DNA of 63,155 nt, the filler included, from Octopus bimaculoides (taxonomy: Eukaryota), in NCBI RefSeq assembly GCF_001194135.2. It is 4 parts of 4 records of this genome, joined end to end, with 100 filler letters (N's around TTAATTAATTAA, not from the genome) between each part and the next. Parts side by side here need not be neighbours in the genome. Positions count along the whole stretch, not along the records: positions 13,307 to 30,543 come from NC_068997.1; positions 30,644 to 38,232 come from NC_068986.1; 2 more parts are not named here. One strand, given 5' to 3'. Below the pieces are notes generated by a model. That model was not told the DNA's origin. It saw nothing but the letters and a program-made list of their open reading frames with translations, and did no database searches. Numbering within the stretch: position 1 is the stretch's first letter; each line of letters begins with the position of its first letter. Shown here piece by piece: positions 24,254 to 36,489 of this stretch. Made by a program: the position numbers and the translations under genes.

Positions 24254-24625
24254 TTATTACCTCCACCTTAGCAAAGGTGGAGATATTGTTTCAGGCATGT
24301 TTGTTTGTTTGTTTGTCCATGGACAAGTTATCTCAAGAACCACTGGATGGATTTGGATGAAACTTTCAGGGATGGTTGGCCTCATGACTGGCACAAACTG
24401 ATCAGATTTTGGGATTGATTCAGTACCAGACAAAGGTTCCAGATTATTTTTCCTGCTTTTTTTTACTTAATTTTTGAGAGCAGTCGGGTTCATTTTTACT
24501 ATTCTTGTTTGCGAAAATAGTCGAGTTTATTTCAGATATTCTCATTTTAAAATTCATCTCCAGCTAATCGTTGAGGGGTTGTTGTTGTTGTCTTGGTGGA
24601 GGTTTGTGCTCTCTGAGTGCTTTTG
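24254..24625 (+). mobile_element. Helentron-associated non-autonomous element (HINE/DINE-1-like)
   Basis: 5' hairpin CTCCACCT-TAGCAA-AGGTGGAG, (TGTT)n, 3' sub-TIR GGTGGAGGT followed by a GTGCTC-TCT-GAGTGC hairpin and TTTT. Confidence 0.75.
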
Positions 24626-24987
24626 TTATTATCATTTTAGTTTCTTTGTCAAAGTTCTTTTGTCACTCATTCTGTGACCTTTTCAACAACTCTCTATTCA
24701 ACGTGTCTCCTCTTGTTCTGCTTACTCCATTTTGTCTTTGACAAAGAAACCAAAATAACAGTGATAAAGCTGAAGTGGGTGAAGGCCAAATAGGTAGCAT
24801 ACGTGTTTAATTGTCAAAATATGACCATCTGCAAGTATATCAATTTGTTTCAACGCATGATTTCACATCAAGAATCTTGCAAAAGAAATACATAAATATG
24901 TGTGTGTGTATGTGTGCGTATTTGTGTGTATGTGTGTATGTGTCTGTGTGCATGTGTGTCTGTGTGTGTGTGTGTGTGAAGAACATG

Positions 24988-25320
24988 TGAAGGCACATGG
25001 CTCAGTAGTTATAGTGTCAGGCTCACAGTCATGAGGTAGTGAGTTTGATTCCTGGATCAAGCTGTGTGCTGTGTTCTTGAGCAAGACATTTTATTTCACA
25101 TTGTTCCAGTTCACTCAGCTGTAGAAATGAGTTGCAATGTCACTGGTGCCAAGCTGTATTGGCCCCTTTACCCTTCCCTTGGATAACATTGGTGGTGTGG
25201 AAAGGGGAGGCTGGAGGCTGGTATGCATGGGCAACTGCTCATCTTCCGTAAAGAACTTTGCTCAGACTTGTGCCTCAGAGGGTGACTTTCTAGGTGCATG
25301 ACCGAAGGGGGTCTTTACCC
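24988..25320 (+). mobile_element. tRNA-derived SINE (family D), complete
   Basis: TGGCTCAGTAG head, GAGTTTGATTCC B box, TTCTTGAGCAAG core, ACCGAAGGGGGTCT end. Confidence 0.88.
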
Positions 25321-25682
25321 TTTCTAAAGAAAACCTTACTTCAAGTTGTGCAGATAATACCGGACTGACTTGGTACCTCAACTNNNNNNNNNNNNNNNNN
25401 NNNNNNNNNNNNNNNNNNNNNNNNNNNNNNNNNNNNNNNNNNNNNNNNNNNNNNNNNNNNNNNNNNNNNNNNNNNNNNNNNNNNNNNNNNNNNNNNNNNN
25501 NNNNNNNNNNNNNNNNNNNNNNNNNNNNNNNNNNNNNNNNNNNNNNNNNNNNNNNNNNNNNNNNNNNNNNNNNNNNNNNNNNNNNNNNNNNNNNNNNNNN
25601 NNNNNNNNNNNNNNNNNNNNNNNNNNNNNNNNNNNNNNNNNNNNNNNNNNNNNNNNNNNNNNNNNNNNNNNNNNNNNNNNNN

Positions 25683-25718
<36 letters not shown>

Positions 25719-26452
25719 TGTATATATATACACACACATATATATGTATGTGAGTGTGTATATATATGTATATATATATTGTGTGTGTGTGTGTATACAC
25801 TCAGTTGTATGGCTTGTCATGTGGGAGACCAGGAATTGATTCCTGCCTGAGAGGCATTTCTTTTTTCACTGGTGGAGCCTCAGCATGGCCACAGACTTAG
25901 GGCTGAAACATATTAAAGAATAAAAGAATAAAAGAATAAAAGAACATACACATATCTATACCTATGTGTGTATATATATAGATATATATATATATGTATG
26001 TTTGTATATATTCATGAACACACAGAGGGGGAGGGAAGAGATGCACAGAGAGAACTGCAAGTACCACATGAATATATGATGTGTTGAATTATGTGATACA
26101 TGTTTAAAATGCATCTGTAACATTAGTATAGAATTTTCTATAGAATGTATGTATAAAGTGTAATTGTATGGAAACATCCTCTGTTTGGAAATGCTGGCAT
26201 TTTATACAATGACCTAAATTATTCTTCTTAATCCTCGAGAACAAGAATACTTAGGCCAGATCGTTTAGAGAGATTTCTAAAAATGGATAGATATTGCAAG
26301 CAGAATATTTCTAACAATAGTTAGAATTTTTTCTCCATTGCCACTTAAGATGTTGCTATGGCATTAGGTAAAGCCTTTTCTAACCACCCAACTTAGTGTT
26401 CACAGATAGACTAATTCAGTGAAAATTCACCACGTTATGTATAAGTGTGTGT

Positions 26453-26490
<38 letters not shown>

Positions 26491-26501
26491 CTAGCTATCA
26501 A

Positions 26502-26565
<64 letters not shown>

Positions 26566-27962
26566 NNNNNNNNNNNNNNNNNNNNNNNNNNNNNNNNNNN
26601 NNNNNNNNNNNNNNNNNNNNNNNNNNNNNNNNNNNNNNNNNNNNNNNNNNNNNNNNNNNNNNNNNNNNNNNNNNNNNNNNNNNNNNNNNNNNNNNNNNNN
26701 NNNNNNNNNNNNNNNNNNNNNNNNNNNNNNNNNNNNNNNNNNNNNNNNNNNNNNNNNNNNNNNNNNNNNNNNNNNNNNNNNNNNNNNNNNNNNNNNNNNN
26801 NNNNNNNNNNNNNNNNNNNNNNNNNNNNNNNNNNNNNNNNNNNNNNNNNNNNNNNNNNNNNNNNNNNNNNNNNNNNNNNNNNNNNNNNNNNNNNNNNNNN
26901 NNNNNNNNNNNNNNNNNNNNNNNNNNNNNNNNNNNNNNNNNNNNNNNNNNNNNNNNNNNNNNNNNNNNNNNNNNNNNNNNNNNNNNNNNNNNNNNNNNNN
27001 NNNNNNNNNNNNNNNNNNNNNNNNNNNNNNNNNNNNNNNNNNNNNNNNNNNNNNNNNNNNNNNNNNNNNNNNNNNNNNNNNNNNNNNNNNNNNNNNNNNN
27101 NNNNNNNNNNNNNNNNNNNNNNNNNNNNNNNNNNNNNNNNNNNNNNNNNNNNNNNNNNNNNNNNNNNNNNNNNNNNNNNNNNNNNNNNNNNNNNNNNNNN
27201 NNNNNNNNNNNNNNNNNNNNNNNNNNNNNNNNNNNNNNNNNNNNNNNNNNNNNNNNNNNNNNNNNNNNNNNNNNNNNNNNNNNNNNNNNNNNNNNNNNNN
27301 NNNNNNNNNNNATATATATGTATATATATGTATATATATATATATACACATATATATAATATGTTGTATATATGATAATGATATACGAATAGAAAGCTTT
27401 TTGTATAACAATATTGGTTCTCTAGTTTTGGTAAAGAATACAACTAAGTGAGAAGTTCATTTCTGTTTGTATTTAAGGAAAAACAGTAACAAAAAAATTG
27501 AAAATAGATCAATATGTAGAAGAAACCTTTCAACAGTAAATTTTTAGTCATATTATTTACTTTTTTTTAATCATTCTTTTATTTTACGTATGTTTTGTTT
27601 TTGGTGTTAATCTAAGTATTGGGTGTAAAAATACACAGTTGCCAATGCACGAAGAATTTTGAAGTCTTATCCCTTTCCATGCTGGAATGCAGACAATCCA
27701 TTCTGTGACAGTCAAGACTAGACTTCATTCCATGGTTGACTGGTTTATGTTGGGAAATATATTCAGCTGTAATAATTCAATAATTCTTGCCAAAATTAAA
27801 TCTGCAGAATTTCGCATTCTCTGCTTGTTATGGAATGATGGATACAAAAGTGCAAACGAAAGAAAAGTGGTTAGAACTGCACATCTTTTAGAATGAGAGA
27901 GAGAGAGAATGGTTGGCATATTTCCCAGTATCAGAGAAGAGCCAATAGAGAAACCTTTAAAT

Positions 27963-28209
27963 CATTGGTTCTTAGCTGGGGTCTATATGGCCTTTGGGGT
28001 CAATGTAAGATCTTGTTAATATCTGCAATAAATTGGTTATAATTCTGCAATACATAAAATATTTTAACAATTTTTTAATACATTTTCTGATAATATTTAA
28101 GTATAAAAATATAATAGGATTTTTTAAACATCAAATGGTTATGTGGGTCCAGTAGAGTAAATAGGAACCAAGGGGGCCAAAGGGTAAAAAAAATGGTTGA
28201 GAACCACTA
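27963..28209. mobile_element. hAT (Charlie-type) MITE
   Basis: TIRs CATTGGTTCTTAGC / GGTTGAGAACCACT; 8-bp TSD CTTTAAAT / CTTTAAAC. Confidence 0.85.
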
Positions 28210-28254
28210 CTTTAAACGATTCTTTGACTTTTTAGAAATAGCAAACCAAACCTT

Positions 28255-28560
28255 CTTCAATGAGTCAGTGAATGTTGTAGTCTTAGATATACGATGTCTG
28301 GAAAAATGGTGAGATGGTCATGGCTGGGATGTTTTTGATCATATGGCTTCATAATTAGGATTGATATGTAGCAAAACAACAACAACCAGGTGAAGAGGAA
28401 CTCTATGCAGTCACTTAACTTGCTAGAAACAACAGCCAAATTTCTTTCAAGTGACACTTCACCATCTTAAACAAAGATAAAGAAGAACATGTTTGGGAAT
28501 GTAGTAATACATATCTTCAAAAAAGGTAGGATGGCCATGGATGGAATGCCTTTGACATGT
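28255..28560 (+). mobile_element. Dispersed repeat family F (similar fragments at ~1-50, 39040-39240, 44200-44460, 45020-45180, 52000-52210)
   Basis: CACTTAACTTGCTAGAAACAACAGCCAAAT and GATGGTCATGGCTGG..TTTGATCAT motifs. Confidence 0.7.
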
Positions 28561-28594
28561 GACTAAACAACAACAAACAGCTGAGAGACTAGGT

Positions 28595-28900
28595 CAGTGG
28601 TTCCCATATTATAGTCCAGAGAACCTCTGGTGATTCACAGATTCAACAGGAAAGTGTGAAGGAAGGCTACCTGTGAGCTGTATTCCAAATTTTGAAAGAC
28701 TGCTCATGTAAAATGTATAATTAGTTACATATAATTATTCAGATCCATATGACTTTCATTACAGAGATGAAAGTGGGAAAACGAGTTTGTTGTTAGTTAA
28801 TAAAATTAGCTTAATGTGCAAAACGTCCTTTCAAAAGACTATGGACTAATGAGAAACTCATTGAAATATGAGGGGTCCTAGATTGTAGAAAGGTCAGTAG
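28595..28900. mobile_element. Possible hAT MITE, right end lost
   Basis: Starts CAGTGGTTCCCA; no matching right TIR seen. Confidence 0.35.
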
Positions 28901-29027
28901 CAGGGGTTACTGAACTGTTGCCAGTATTGTGTTTTGTTCATAGTCAAGGCTGACAGTACCCAAGTCTGCATAGTTTTCTACATAGACAAGTACAGGTATA
29001 TCAAATATCAAGTAATAAATACAGTCA

Positions 29028-29450
29028 CAGGTGTGACTGTGTGGAAAGAAGTTTACTTCTCAACCACATGGTTCCAGGTTCAGTCCCACTGTGCAGAACC
29101 TCGGACAAGCGTCTTCTGCTATAGCCTCAGGTTGACCAGTTCCTTGTGAGTGGACTTGGTAGATGGAAACTGAAAGAAGCCTGTTGGGTGTGGTTGTGGG
29201 TGTGGGTGTGAGTGTGCATGTGTGTGTGAGCATGTGTGTGTGTCTTTTTGTATGTATTTGTCCCTCACCCCCACATGACAAACAGTGTTGATATGTTTAT
29301 ATTTCTGTAACTTAGCAGTTTGGTAAAAGTAACCAATAGAATAAGTACTAAGCTTTACAGAAACATAAGTTCTGGGGATAAAATACTTGAAGGTGGTGCC
29401 CAGCATGGCCACTGTCTAATGACTGAACCAAGGAAAAGAAAACAATAAAG
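29028..29450 (+). mobile_element. SINE family C
   Basis: CAACCACATGGTTCCAGGTTCAGTCCC..GGAAACTGAAAGAAGCC..CAGCATGGCC. Confidence 0.88.
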
Positions 29451-29514
29451 ATAATTCTTTGACCTATTAAAATTATCTCAGAGTTACCAAATGGCAATTA
29501 AAAAAGGAAGAAAA

Positions 29515-29854
29515 AAGACCCCTTTCCATCAGGAATGAGCGTGGAATTGCACCTAGAAAGTTCCCCTCCAAGGCACAAGTCCAGGCAAGGTTGTTTTTTT
29601 ATGGGAGCCCAAGAGTCACTCATGCATACCAGCCTACCCCTCTCCATGCCACCAATGTTATCCAAGGGAAAGGCAAAGGCTGATACAGCTTGGCGCCAGT
29701 GACGTCACAAGTCATTTCTACAGCTGAGTGAACTAGAGCAATATGAAATAAGGTGTCTTGCTCAAGAACACAACACACAGCCCAGTCCAGGAATCAAAAT
29801 CACTACCTCATGAATGTGAGTCCAACGCTCAAACCACTGAGCCATGTGCCTTCA
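29515..29854 (-). mobile_element. SINE family D
   Basis: Reverse complement of 24988-25320. Confidence 0.88.
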
Positions 29855-29864
29855 TGGCAAATTA

Positions 29865-30045
29865 AGAACAGCTCCGATAATTTCCAGACTTTACAATCTG
29901 AGTTCAAATGCCATCGGAATTGATTTTTGCTTTCCATCATTTTGAATTTGATAAAATAACAACCAGTTGGCCATTGGGGTTGATGTAATTGACTCACTCT
30001 CTCACACAAAATTGCTGTCCTTGTGCCAAAATTCGAAACCAACAT
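29865..30045 (+). mobile_element. SINE family B, diverged
   Basis: TCTGAGTTCAAATGCC..TTGGGGTTGATGTAATTGAC..GTGCCAAAATT. Confidence 0.7.
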
Positions 30046-30073
30046 TATTTAGCAAGTTCTTCCAATCATTTAC

Positions 30074-30143
30074 CAAAGTTGTATTCTTCAAATCCTTATA
30101 TGCTTCAGGAAAGTGGAGACTTAATGTTGAAAGCTTGTAGATT
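30074..30143 (-). CDS. Weak candidate exon (phase 2-0): IYKLSTLSLHFPEAYKDLKNTTL
   Basis: Donor TTG|GTAAAT, open frame, phase fits after the TM exon; acceptor lacks a good pyrimidine tract. Confidence 0.22.
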
Positions 30144-30477
30144 CTGAGATGTCATGTTCCCTGCCCCACCTCCCATATCTTCATCGACATCATCATCATC
30201 CTCCAACACAACCACTATTTTGTTCCCCAAAATGTTTCTTATATAGCCTCATGCCAGCATTAATTATTCTCTAAGCCTTTGGCTGAAGATGTGTTAGGAG
30301 GCAAAGAAGCCATCTTTGCTTACAAAACTTCTCAGCATTAGGGTAACCAGGAGTGTTGTCAAGATACAAAATTACCTTTACATTATTAGGTGAAATCTTC
30401 AGAACGTATTTCCCTTACCTGTATCTATTTTATGTTTTGCTTTCTTCTTCCTTTCATATTGCTACAAGGAACACCTC

Positions 30478-30543
<66 letters not shown>

Positions 30544-30758
30544 NNNNNNNNNNNNNNNNNNNNNNNNNNNNNNNNNNNNNNNNNNNNTTAATTAATTAAN
30601 NNNNNNNNNNNNNNNNNNNNNNNNNNNNNNNNNNNNNNNNNNNATATATGGTACCCTAGGCATAACACCTACATGAACTTCTAACTTGTTGTCTCTTGAG
30701 GTCTTTGGGTGAGACTTGGATCCAACTTGTACAAATGCAAAACAAAAGTCAAACATAA

Positions 30759-30805
<47 letters not shown>

Positions 30806-30855
30806 CATCGAAAAGATACCTTAGGAATGAGAACCCAGGTTTAAAATTTCCCCAA

Positions 30856-30899
30856 GACACCTGATGAAGGCTGGAGGGTATATCAGCTGAAACGTGTTA
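30856..30899 (+). ncRNA. Minimal hammerhead ribozyme motif inside a short non-autonomous element (~30802-30980)
   Basis: GACAC-CTGATGA-A-GGCTG..CAGCT-GAAA-CGTGTT: intact CUGAUGA and GAAA cores and a 5-bp stem II; the stem III/cleavage region looks shortened. Confidence 0.6.
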
Positions 30900-30984
30900 A
30901 CAACAAACAAGATGAGGACAAATATCCATCAAATGTAAATAATGTACATAATTCCTCATCTCTTAAATATAGAACTGTATAATG

Positions 30985-31530
30985 GATACATTGGACAGTA
31001 TCCCAGTGGGTTCCATGGTGTGCATGGAGGCTATGGGTTTGGTTTTAGAGTGATACAAATGATCTAATAATCTGCAGCACTAACTTCAAGAAACCAACCA
31101 TTCACCTGATGGCCTATCAATTTGTTGGGTGCATAAGCCAGATTAACTACATTCTTACCAGAAGGATGTAACTGCAAACTTCTGCTCTGGTGAAGAATGT
31201 GTTACCTAACATAGATTTGTGGTTAGTGACTTTAGACTTAGAGTTAGAAGAACTCTGAGAGACAAGCCAATCTGGAGAAGGAAGATATGGAAGTTTAAAG
31301 ATCCAATGAACAGTCAGAGATTTATAAAAATTCTAATTAAAGCATTTAATGGAAAAAGAGTGGAGATTGAAACATATGATATAGGGGACAACTAAACATT
31401 CTTGTGAAACAATTTACTAAGGGCTATAGAGCAAATCTCAGGCTTGTACAAAGTTCCAGCCAGATGAAGAGTGACATGGTGGTGGAAGAGGGAAGTTGAC
31501 AGAACCATAAAATTGAAAAATACCCCTTTC
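30985..31530 (+). mobile_element. Older RTE LINE endonuclease-region fragment
   Basis: Frames give GFHGVHGGYGFG, NDLIIC.TNFKKP, SQINYIL, KPIWRRKIWKFKDP, TWWWKREVDRTI, collinear with 32200-32730. Confidence 0.75.
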
Positions 31531-31794
31531 CTTGAATGCCCTCACATATTTGCCACCAACTCTTATGCACCTCGGACCTCCATTCCTGTCACTGTATATC
31601 CCTATCCTCACCTCTACACTTTACAATATCTCCATATTTCTTATTTCTCTACATACAGTTTTATCATACACTTGCACTCTACCCTCTTCATATATACAGT
31701 TACTTACCACCTCCTCCTCTCTTGCCCAATCCTATTTTCCTTTACCATTCCCTCAAACTGAGATACACCAATGACAACACCTCTATCCACCACT

Positions 31795-31978
31795 TGACAA
31801 CCAATGTTGGCTTGTTTATGTTTCTGTAACTTAGCAGTTCAGAAAAAGAGACGAATAGAATAAGTACTAGGTTTAAAACAAAATAAGTACTGGGATCAAT
31901 TTGTTTAACTAAAATTCCTCAAGACAGTGCCCCAGCATTGTCGCAGTCTAATCACTGAAACAGGTAAAAGATAAAAGA
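31795..31978 (+). mobile_element. SINE family C 3' half
   Basis: CTTGACAACC..GTAACTTAGCAG..AATAAGTACTAGG..CTGAAAC. Confidence 0.8.
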
Positions 31979-32012
31979 CACACACACATATATATAGAGA
32001 GAGAGAATACTT

Positions 32013-35000
32013 AAGCTAAGGCTAGTCTTGCAGAATAGTATAGCAACAATTATCTCTGCCTATGCCCCACAAGCAGGCCAACAAAATGAACAGAAGGACC
32101 ACGTTTATATTCTTCTGCAGGTTACCTCAAAGACAAGTGACAATGATCTCATCTTCGTGGCTGGGGATTTCAATGAGCAATAGTGTACATGGAGGCCATG
32201 GAACTGGCTCCCAAAATGAAGAGGGAACAAGGCTGCTGGAGTTCTGTGATGCAAATAATCTATTGATCTGCAACGCCAACTTCAGGAAACCAGCCAGCCA
32301 TCTGATAACCTACCAATCAAGTGTCTCTGCTAGCCAGATCGATTACATTCTCACTAGACAGCAGGATGCATGGTTGCTCTTAAATACAAAGACCATCCCT
32401 GATGAAGAATGTACCCCACCCCCCAGCATAGACTAGTCACTAGCAAATTTAGACTTGAGGCTAGAAGGATGCCAAGAAGCAGACCAATCTGGAAAAGAAG
32501 GATTTGGAAGCTTAAGGACCCTTCATATGGTCAGAGATTTACAGACATCCGCATTGATGAGAGGGAGGAGGAGCTACAGACTTGTGACATAGAGGGCAAC
32601 TGGGATTTCCTGCAGGACAACTTGCTGAGTTCCACAGACCAAATCTGCAGCTGGTGCAAAGTTCCATCCAGATCTAGGGTGATGATGTGGTGGAGCGATG
32701 CTGTAGATAGGGCCATTGGAGCAAAGAAATAGGCCTCGAAAGCCTGGAAGGTTTGGGTAGCAGGGAACTGTATCAGATAGCCAGAAGGGAAGCTAGGAGA
32801 CAAGTATATCTAGCCAAGGGAGAAGCAGAAAAGAAGTTTGCCTATATTCAGTACCATGAGGACCAAAGAATTGAAGTGTTTTGGATTTGAAGACAGTGTG
32901 TGAGAGAAAATTGTGATGTCATAGGAGAGAAATGTGTCCACATGGATGATGGTGCACTTGCATTTAATGATTCTGCAAAGAAAGAGGCTTGGAAATGCCA
33001 TTATAAAAGACTGTTGAACGTGGAGAATGAATGGGAGGAGGAGAATTTGCAAAATGTTGACCTAATCGAGGGACCAGCAACCCAAATCAACAGTACCTTG
33101 GTAGATAAAGCAAATAAGGATATGAAGACAGGGAAAGCACCTGGCCCTTCAGGAATCACTTCTGAAATGCTTAAAATATCTGGTGGTGTGGGTTATGGTC
33201 TAGTCACCTATATTGTAAATCAGGTGGTTCACGAAGGAGTCATATCCAATGACTGGTGTAGCAATACCATAGTCAACTGCTACAAAGGTAAAGGTGATGC
33301 CTTACATAGAAATAATTACAGAGGTATCAAATTGTTGGATCAGGTGATGTAAGTTACAGAGAGAGTTATAGCCCAACTAATTAATGAGAGAGTTAGTCTA
33401 GATGAGATGCAGTTTGGTTTTGTGCCAGGGAGAAGCACCACTAGTGCTATATTTCTGGAAAGAAAGCAACAAGAGAAATGCATAGCCAAAGATAAACCTC
33501 TGTACATGACTTTTGTTGACTTGGAGAAAGCCTGTGACATGGTCACTTGATCCCTTATCAATGCAGAAACTAGGGACAGATGAGTGGTTTCTGAGAGCTG
33601 TACAAGCCGTGTACAGGGACACTACCTGTAAGGTGAGGGTTGGCAACGTGTATAGAGAAGAATTCAGGGTACAAGTAGGGGTTCACCAAGGATTGGTCCT
33701 CAACCCCCTCTTGTTTATCATAGTTCTCCAAGTAATAACAGAAGAATTTAAGACAGAGATGTTCCAGGTATGAAAGCAAGGTCTAGAATCGAAGGGCCTT
33801 AGAATTAACCTAGAAAAAAACCAAAATCTTAGTAAGTAGGAAGGCAGACAAATCATAAATCCCTTCAGCTAGATGGCCCTCCTCAATCTGTAGAAAAGGC
33901 ATAGGTAGAAACTCCATAAGATGCACCCAGTATAAGCTTTGGACACATAAGAGGTGCAGCAATATCAGAGGAAGGTTAACAGGGAAGATAGATTTTGTGT
34001 GTGGAAGATGCACAGGTACAATAAACACCGAAAATGTACAGAAAATAGACTCTATCAACTGCCAGTGGGGTAAGCTAAAGGTTGTAGATAGCTTCTGTTA
34101 TCAAGGTATCCAAATTAACAGCAGAGGTGGACGCCCCAAGAGCATAGCTGTGAGAATAAGATTAGGCTGGGCAACGTTCAGAGAGGTCCTACCTCTGCTA
34201 GCAACAAAGGGTCTCTCTCTCAGAGTGAAAAGCAGATTGTATGATGCCTGTGTGCGAACAGCTATGCTACATGGCAGTAAAACATGGGCTGTGACAGCTG
34301 AGGACGTGTAGGCTTGAAAGAAAAGTGAAGCCTGTATGCTTCGCTGGATGTGCAATGTCAATGTGCATGTTTGACAGAGTGTAAACATCTTGAGAGAAAC
34401 GTTGGGCATAAAAGGCATCAGATGTGGTATGCAAGAGAGATGACTGTGTTGGTATGGTTGTGTGATGCTTTTGGATGAGGACGGCTGTGTAAAGAAGTGT
34501 CGATCTCTAACTGTAGAGGGAACGTGTAGTAGAGGTAGACCCAGGATGAGGTGGTGAAGCATGATCTTTGAACTTTGGGCTTCACAGTTGTAATGATTAG
34601 TGACTGAGACTTTGGTGATATGCTGTGCTTGAGAAGACCCATCAAGCCAAGTGAAATCGTAGTTGTGGCTGATGCTGGTATCAGGTAACTAGCATGTAAA
34701 AAGCACCTTTTGAGCACTGGACCTCACAGAGGCAAAGTGGCTGAGCTCCTTTCAAGTGTTGGGCCTCGTGGAGGCAATGACCAAGACCTTTTGGCATTAT
34801 GTCATGCTTGAGAAGAAGACCCATTAATCTAAGTAAAATCATAGTAGTGGCAGACACTGATGTCACACGAATGGTACCCATGCCAGTAGCACATAAAAGC
34901 ATCCATTAAACTTTCAGGATGGTTGATATTAAGAAGAGCATCCAGCTGTAGAAACCATGCCAAGTCAACCTGGAGCCTGGTGCAACCTTCTGGCTTGTTA

Positions 35001-35066
35001 GCCCTAGTCAAACTGTCCAGCCCATGCCAGCATGGACAATGGACATTAAACGATGATGTTGATGAT
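32013..35066 (+). mobile_element. RTE-clade LINE, 5'-truncated and decayed (APE + RT with PHD-like insertion + 3' UTR with (GAT)n tail)
   Basis: ISAYAPQ, AGDFN, SQIDYIL (APE); GKAPGPSG, KGKGD..NYRGIKLL, QFGFVPGRSTT, FVDLEKA, GVHQG (RT); no YADD where expected; YDACVRTAMLHGSKTW; GRGRP-type C-terminus; 3' UTR ending GGACATTAAACGATGATG. Confidence 0.95.
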
Positions 35067-35323
35067 ATATATGTATAATTTAATTAGAGGATATATTAAC
35101 CTCTTAAAAGGATGATTACGTCCAAGAAAACATTGGTTCTATACCTAATATTTTAGGGAAATAAAATTTCCCTAAATCAATAGGTATATATTATGCATAT
35201 AATCCATATTCAATTAATAAAGGTAAAGAAAATGGGGGCTATTTTAAACTATTTTAAAATGTTTCAGCTTTAAAGCTGTGTTCAAGCTGGAGCACCACCG
35301 TTGACTGAGCTACACCATTACTT

Positions 35324-35658
35324 GGGGAGTTGAAAGTTGATAATTATTTATTAGTAAAGTGATACTTCATACTTCCTACAGCTATTTCAATTGTGCTTAT
35401 CAAATAAATTACAAATTTATGCTTTAAATTTGCATTTATAAGTTATGAACACAATATCATCAGGGAAAAAGATATACAATAAAAGATTACACCAGGGAAA
35501 AGATATTGTATATCTTTTTCCCAGATGGTATTGTGTTCATACCTTATAAATGCAAATTTAAAGCATAAATTTGTAATTTATTTAATAAGCACAATTGAAA
35601 CAGCTGTAGGAAGTATGAAGTATTTTATTAATAAATAGTCATTAACTTTCAATTCTCC
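35324..35658. repeat. Foldback inverted repeat, ~155-bp arms with ~22-bp spacer
   Basis: Arms 35324-35481 and 35504-35658 are reverse complements with few differences. Confidence 0.92.
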
Positions 35659-35744
35659 ATTTTCTTTTCTTCTCTTAACTGAATACTGGTTATACATACA
35701 TATACATGTGTGAGTGCGTGTGTGTGTGTGTGTGTGTGTACTCA

Positions 35745-36297
35745 CAAGCGAGGAGAGCTCAGTGACAGTGTGCTCCACAGATCTGGTCACTTTTACCAAA
35801 TGTCCTCCCTCAACTGCTTCAAAACATTGCAGTAGAACTCTTGATTGGTGGTCTGGCCGTAGGGGATGAATTCTCAATGCACAATACCACATTTCTGAGA
35901 TTGACGCTGGTGGCGGTTCTTCCAGATTGCTCATCAACCTTCAGAAATGGTCTTCCACTATAGAAGTGCCTGTGCCACTTGAAACATTGCATACAACCCA
36001 GTGCCTTGTCACCATAAGCTTGCTAAAGCATACTCAATGTCTCTGTAGCAGACTTCTCAAGTTTAATTCAAAATTTCATGTTGGCTTTTTGTTCCTGTCC
36101 ATGACAAAATCGCAGACTACAGTATACACATGATCACAAAAACACAAATTTCACAACTTGCAAAGTAAGCACAGTGATGTCATTTGGCTCACTGCTAATG
36201 AAGGTTACTGCTAGCTCTCACTGCACATGCAACCATGTGCTGCCATCCGTTGGTGCACAACAGAACTAGTCCTGGAACTTATTGGTACCACCTCATA
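35745..36297 (-). mobile_element. mariner remnant, left TIR plus internally deleted transposase
   Basis: TA-TGAGGTGGTACCAATAAGTTCCAGGACT TIR; KF.IKLEKSATET..ML.QAYG..W..F.SGR..DEQSGR joined directly to EFIPYGQTTNQEFY..VLKQLRE. Confidence 0.88.
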
Positions 36298-36489
36298 TAT
36301 ATGACCAAACAAACTCCAATGAGGTGTTGATCTGTCAGCAAAACTTGTATTGTTTAGTTAAAATCAGTAAAAAAGTGTACGGTGAACTTGCCATTGTGAG
36401 TGGAAAATCTAACATTTTGGACAGAGTTCTTCTTCAGGCAAAATGTCCAGGAGAGAAATTAATTAATTTACTGTCTCAAGTCTTCTAGG

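Noticed and set aside
24988-25060. tRNA-like heads as true tRNA genes (also 60610-60685 and 61900-61970)
   Set aside because: They continue into SINE bodies and lack a complete cloverleaf.
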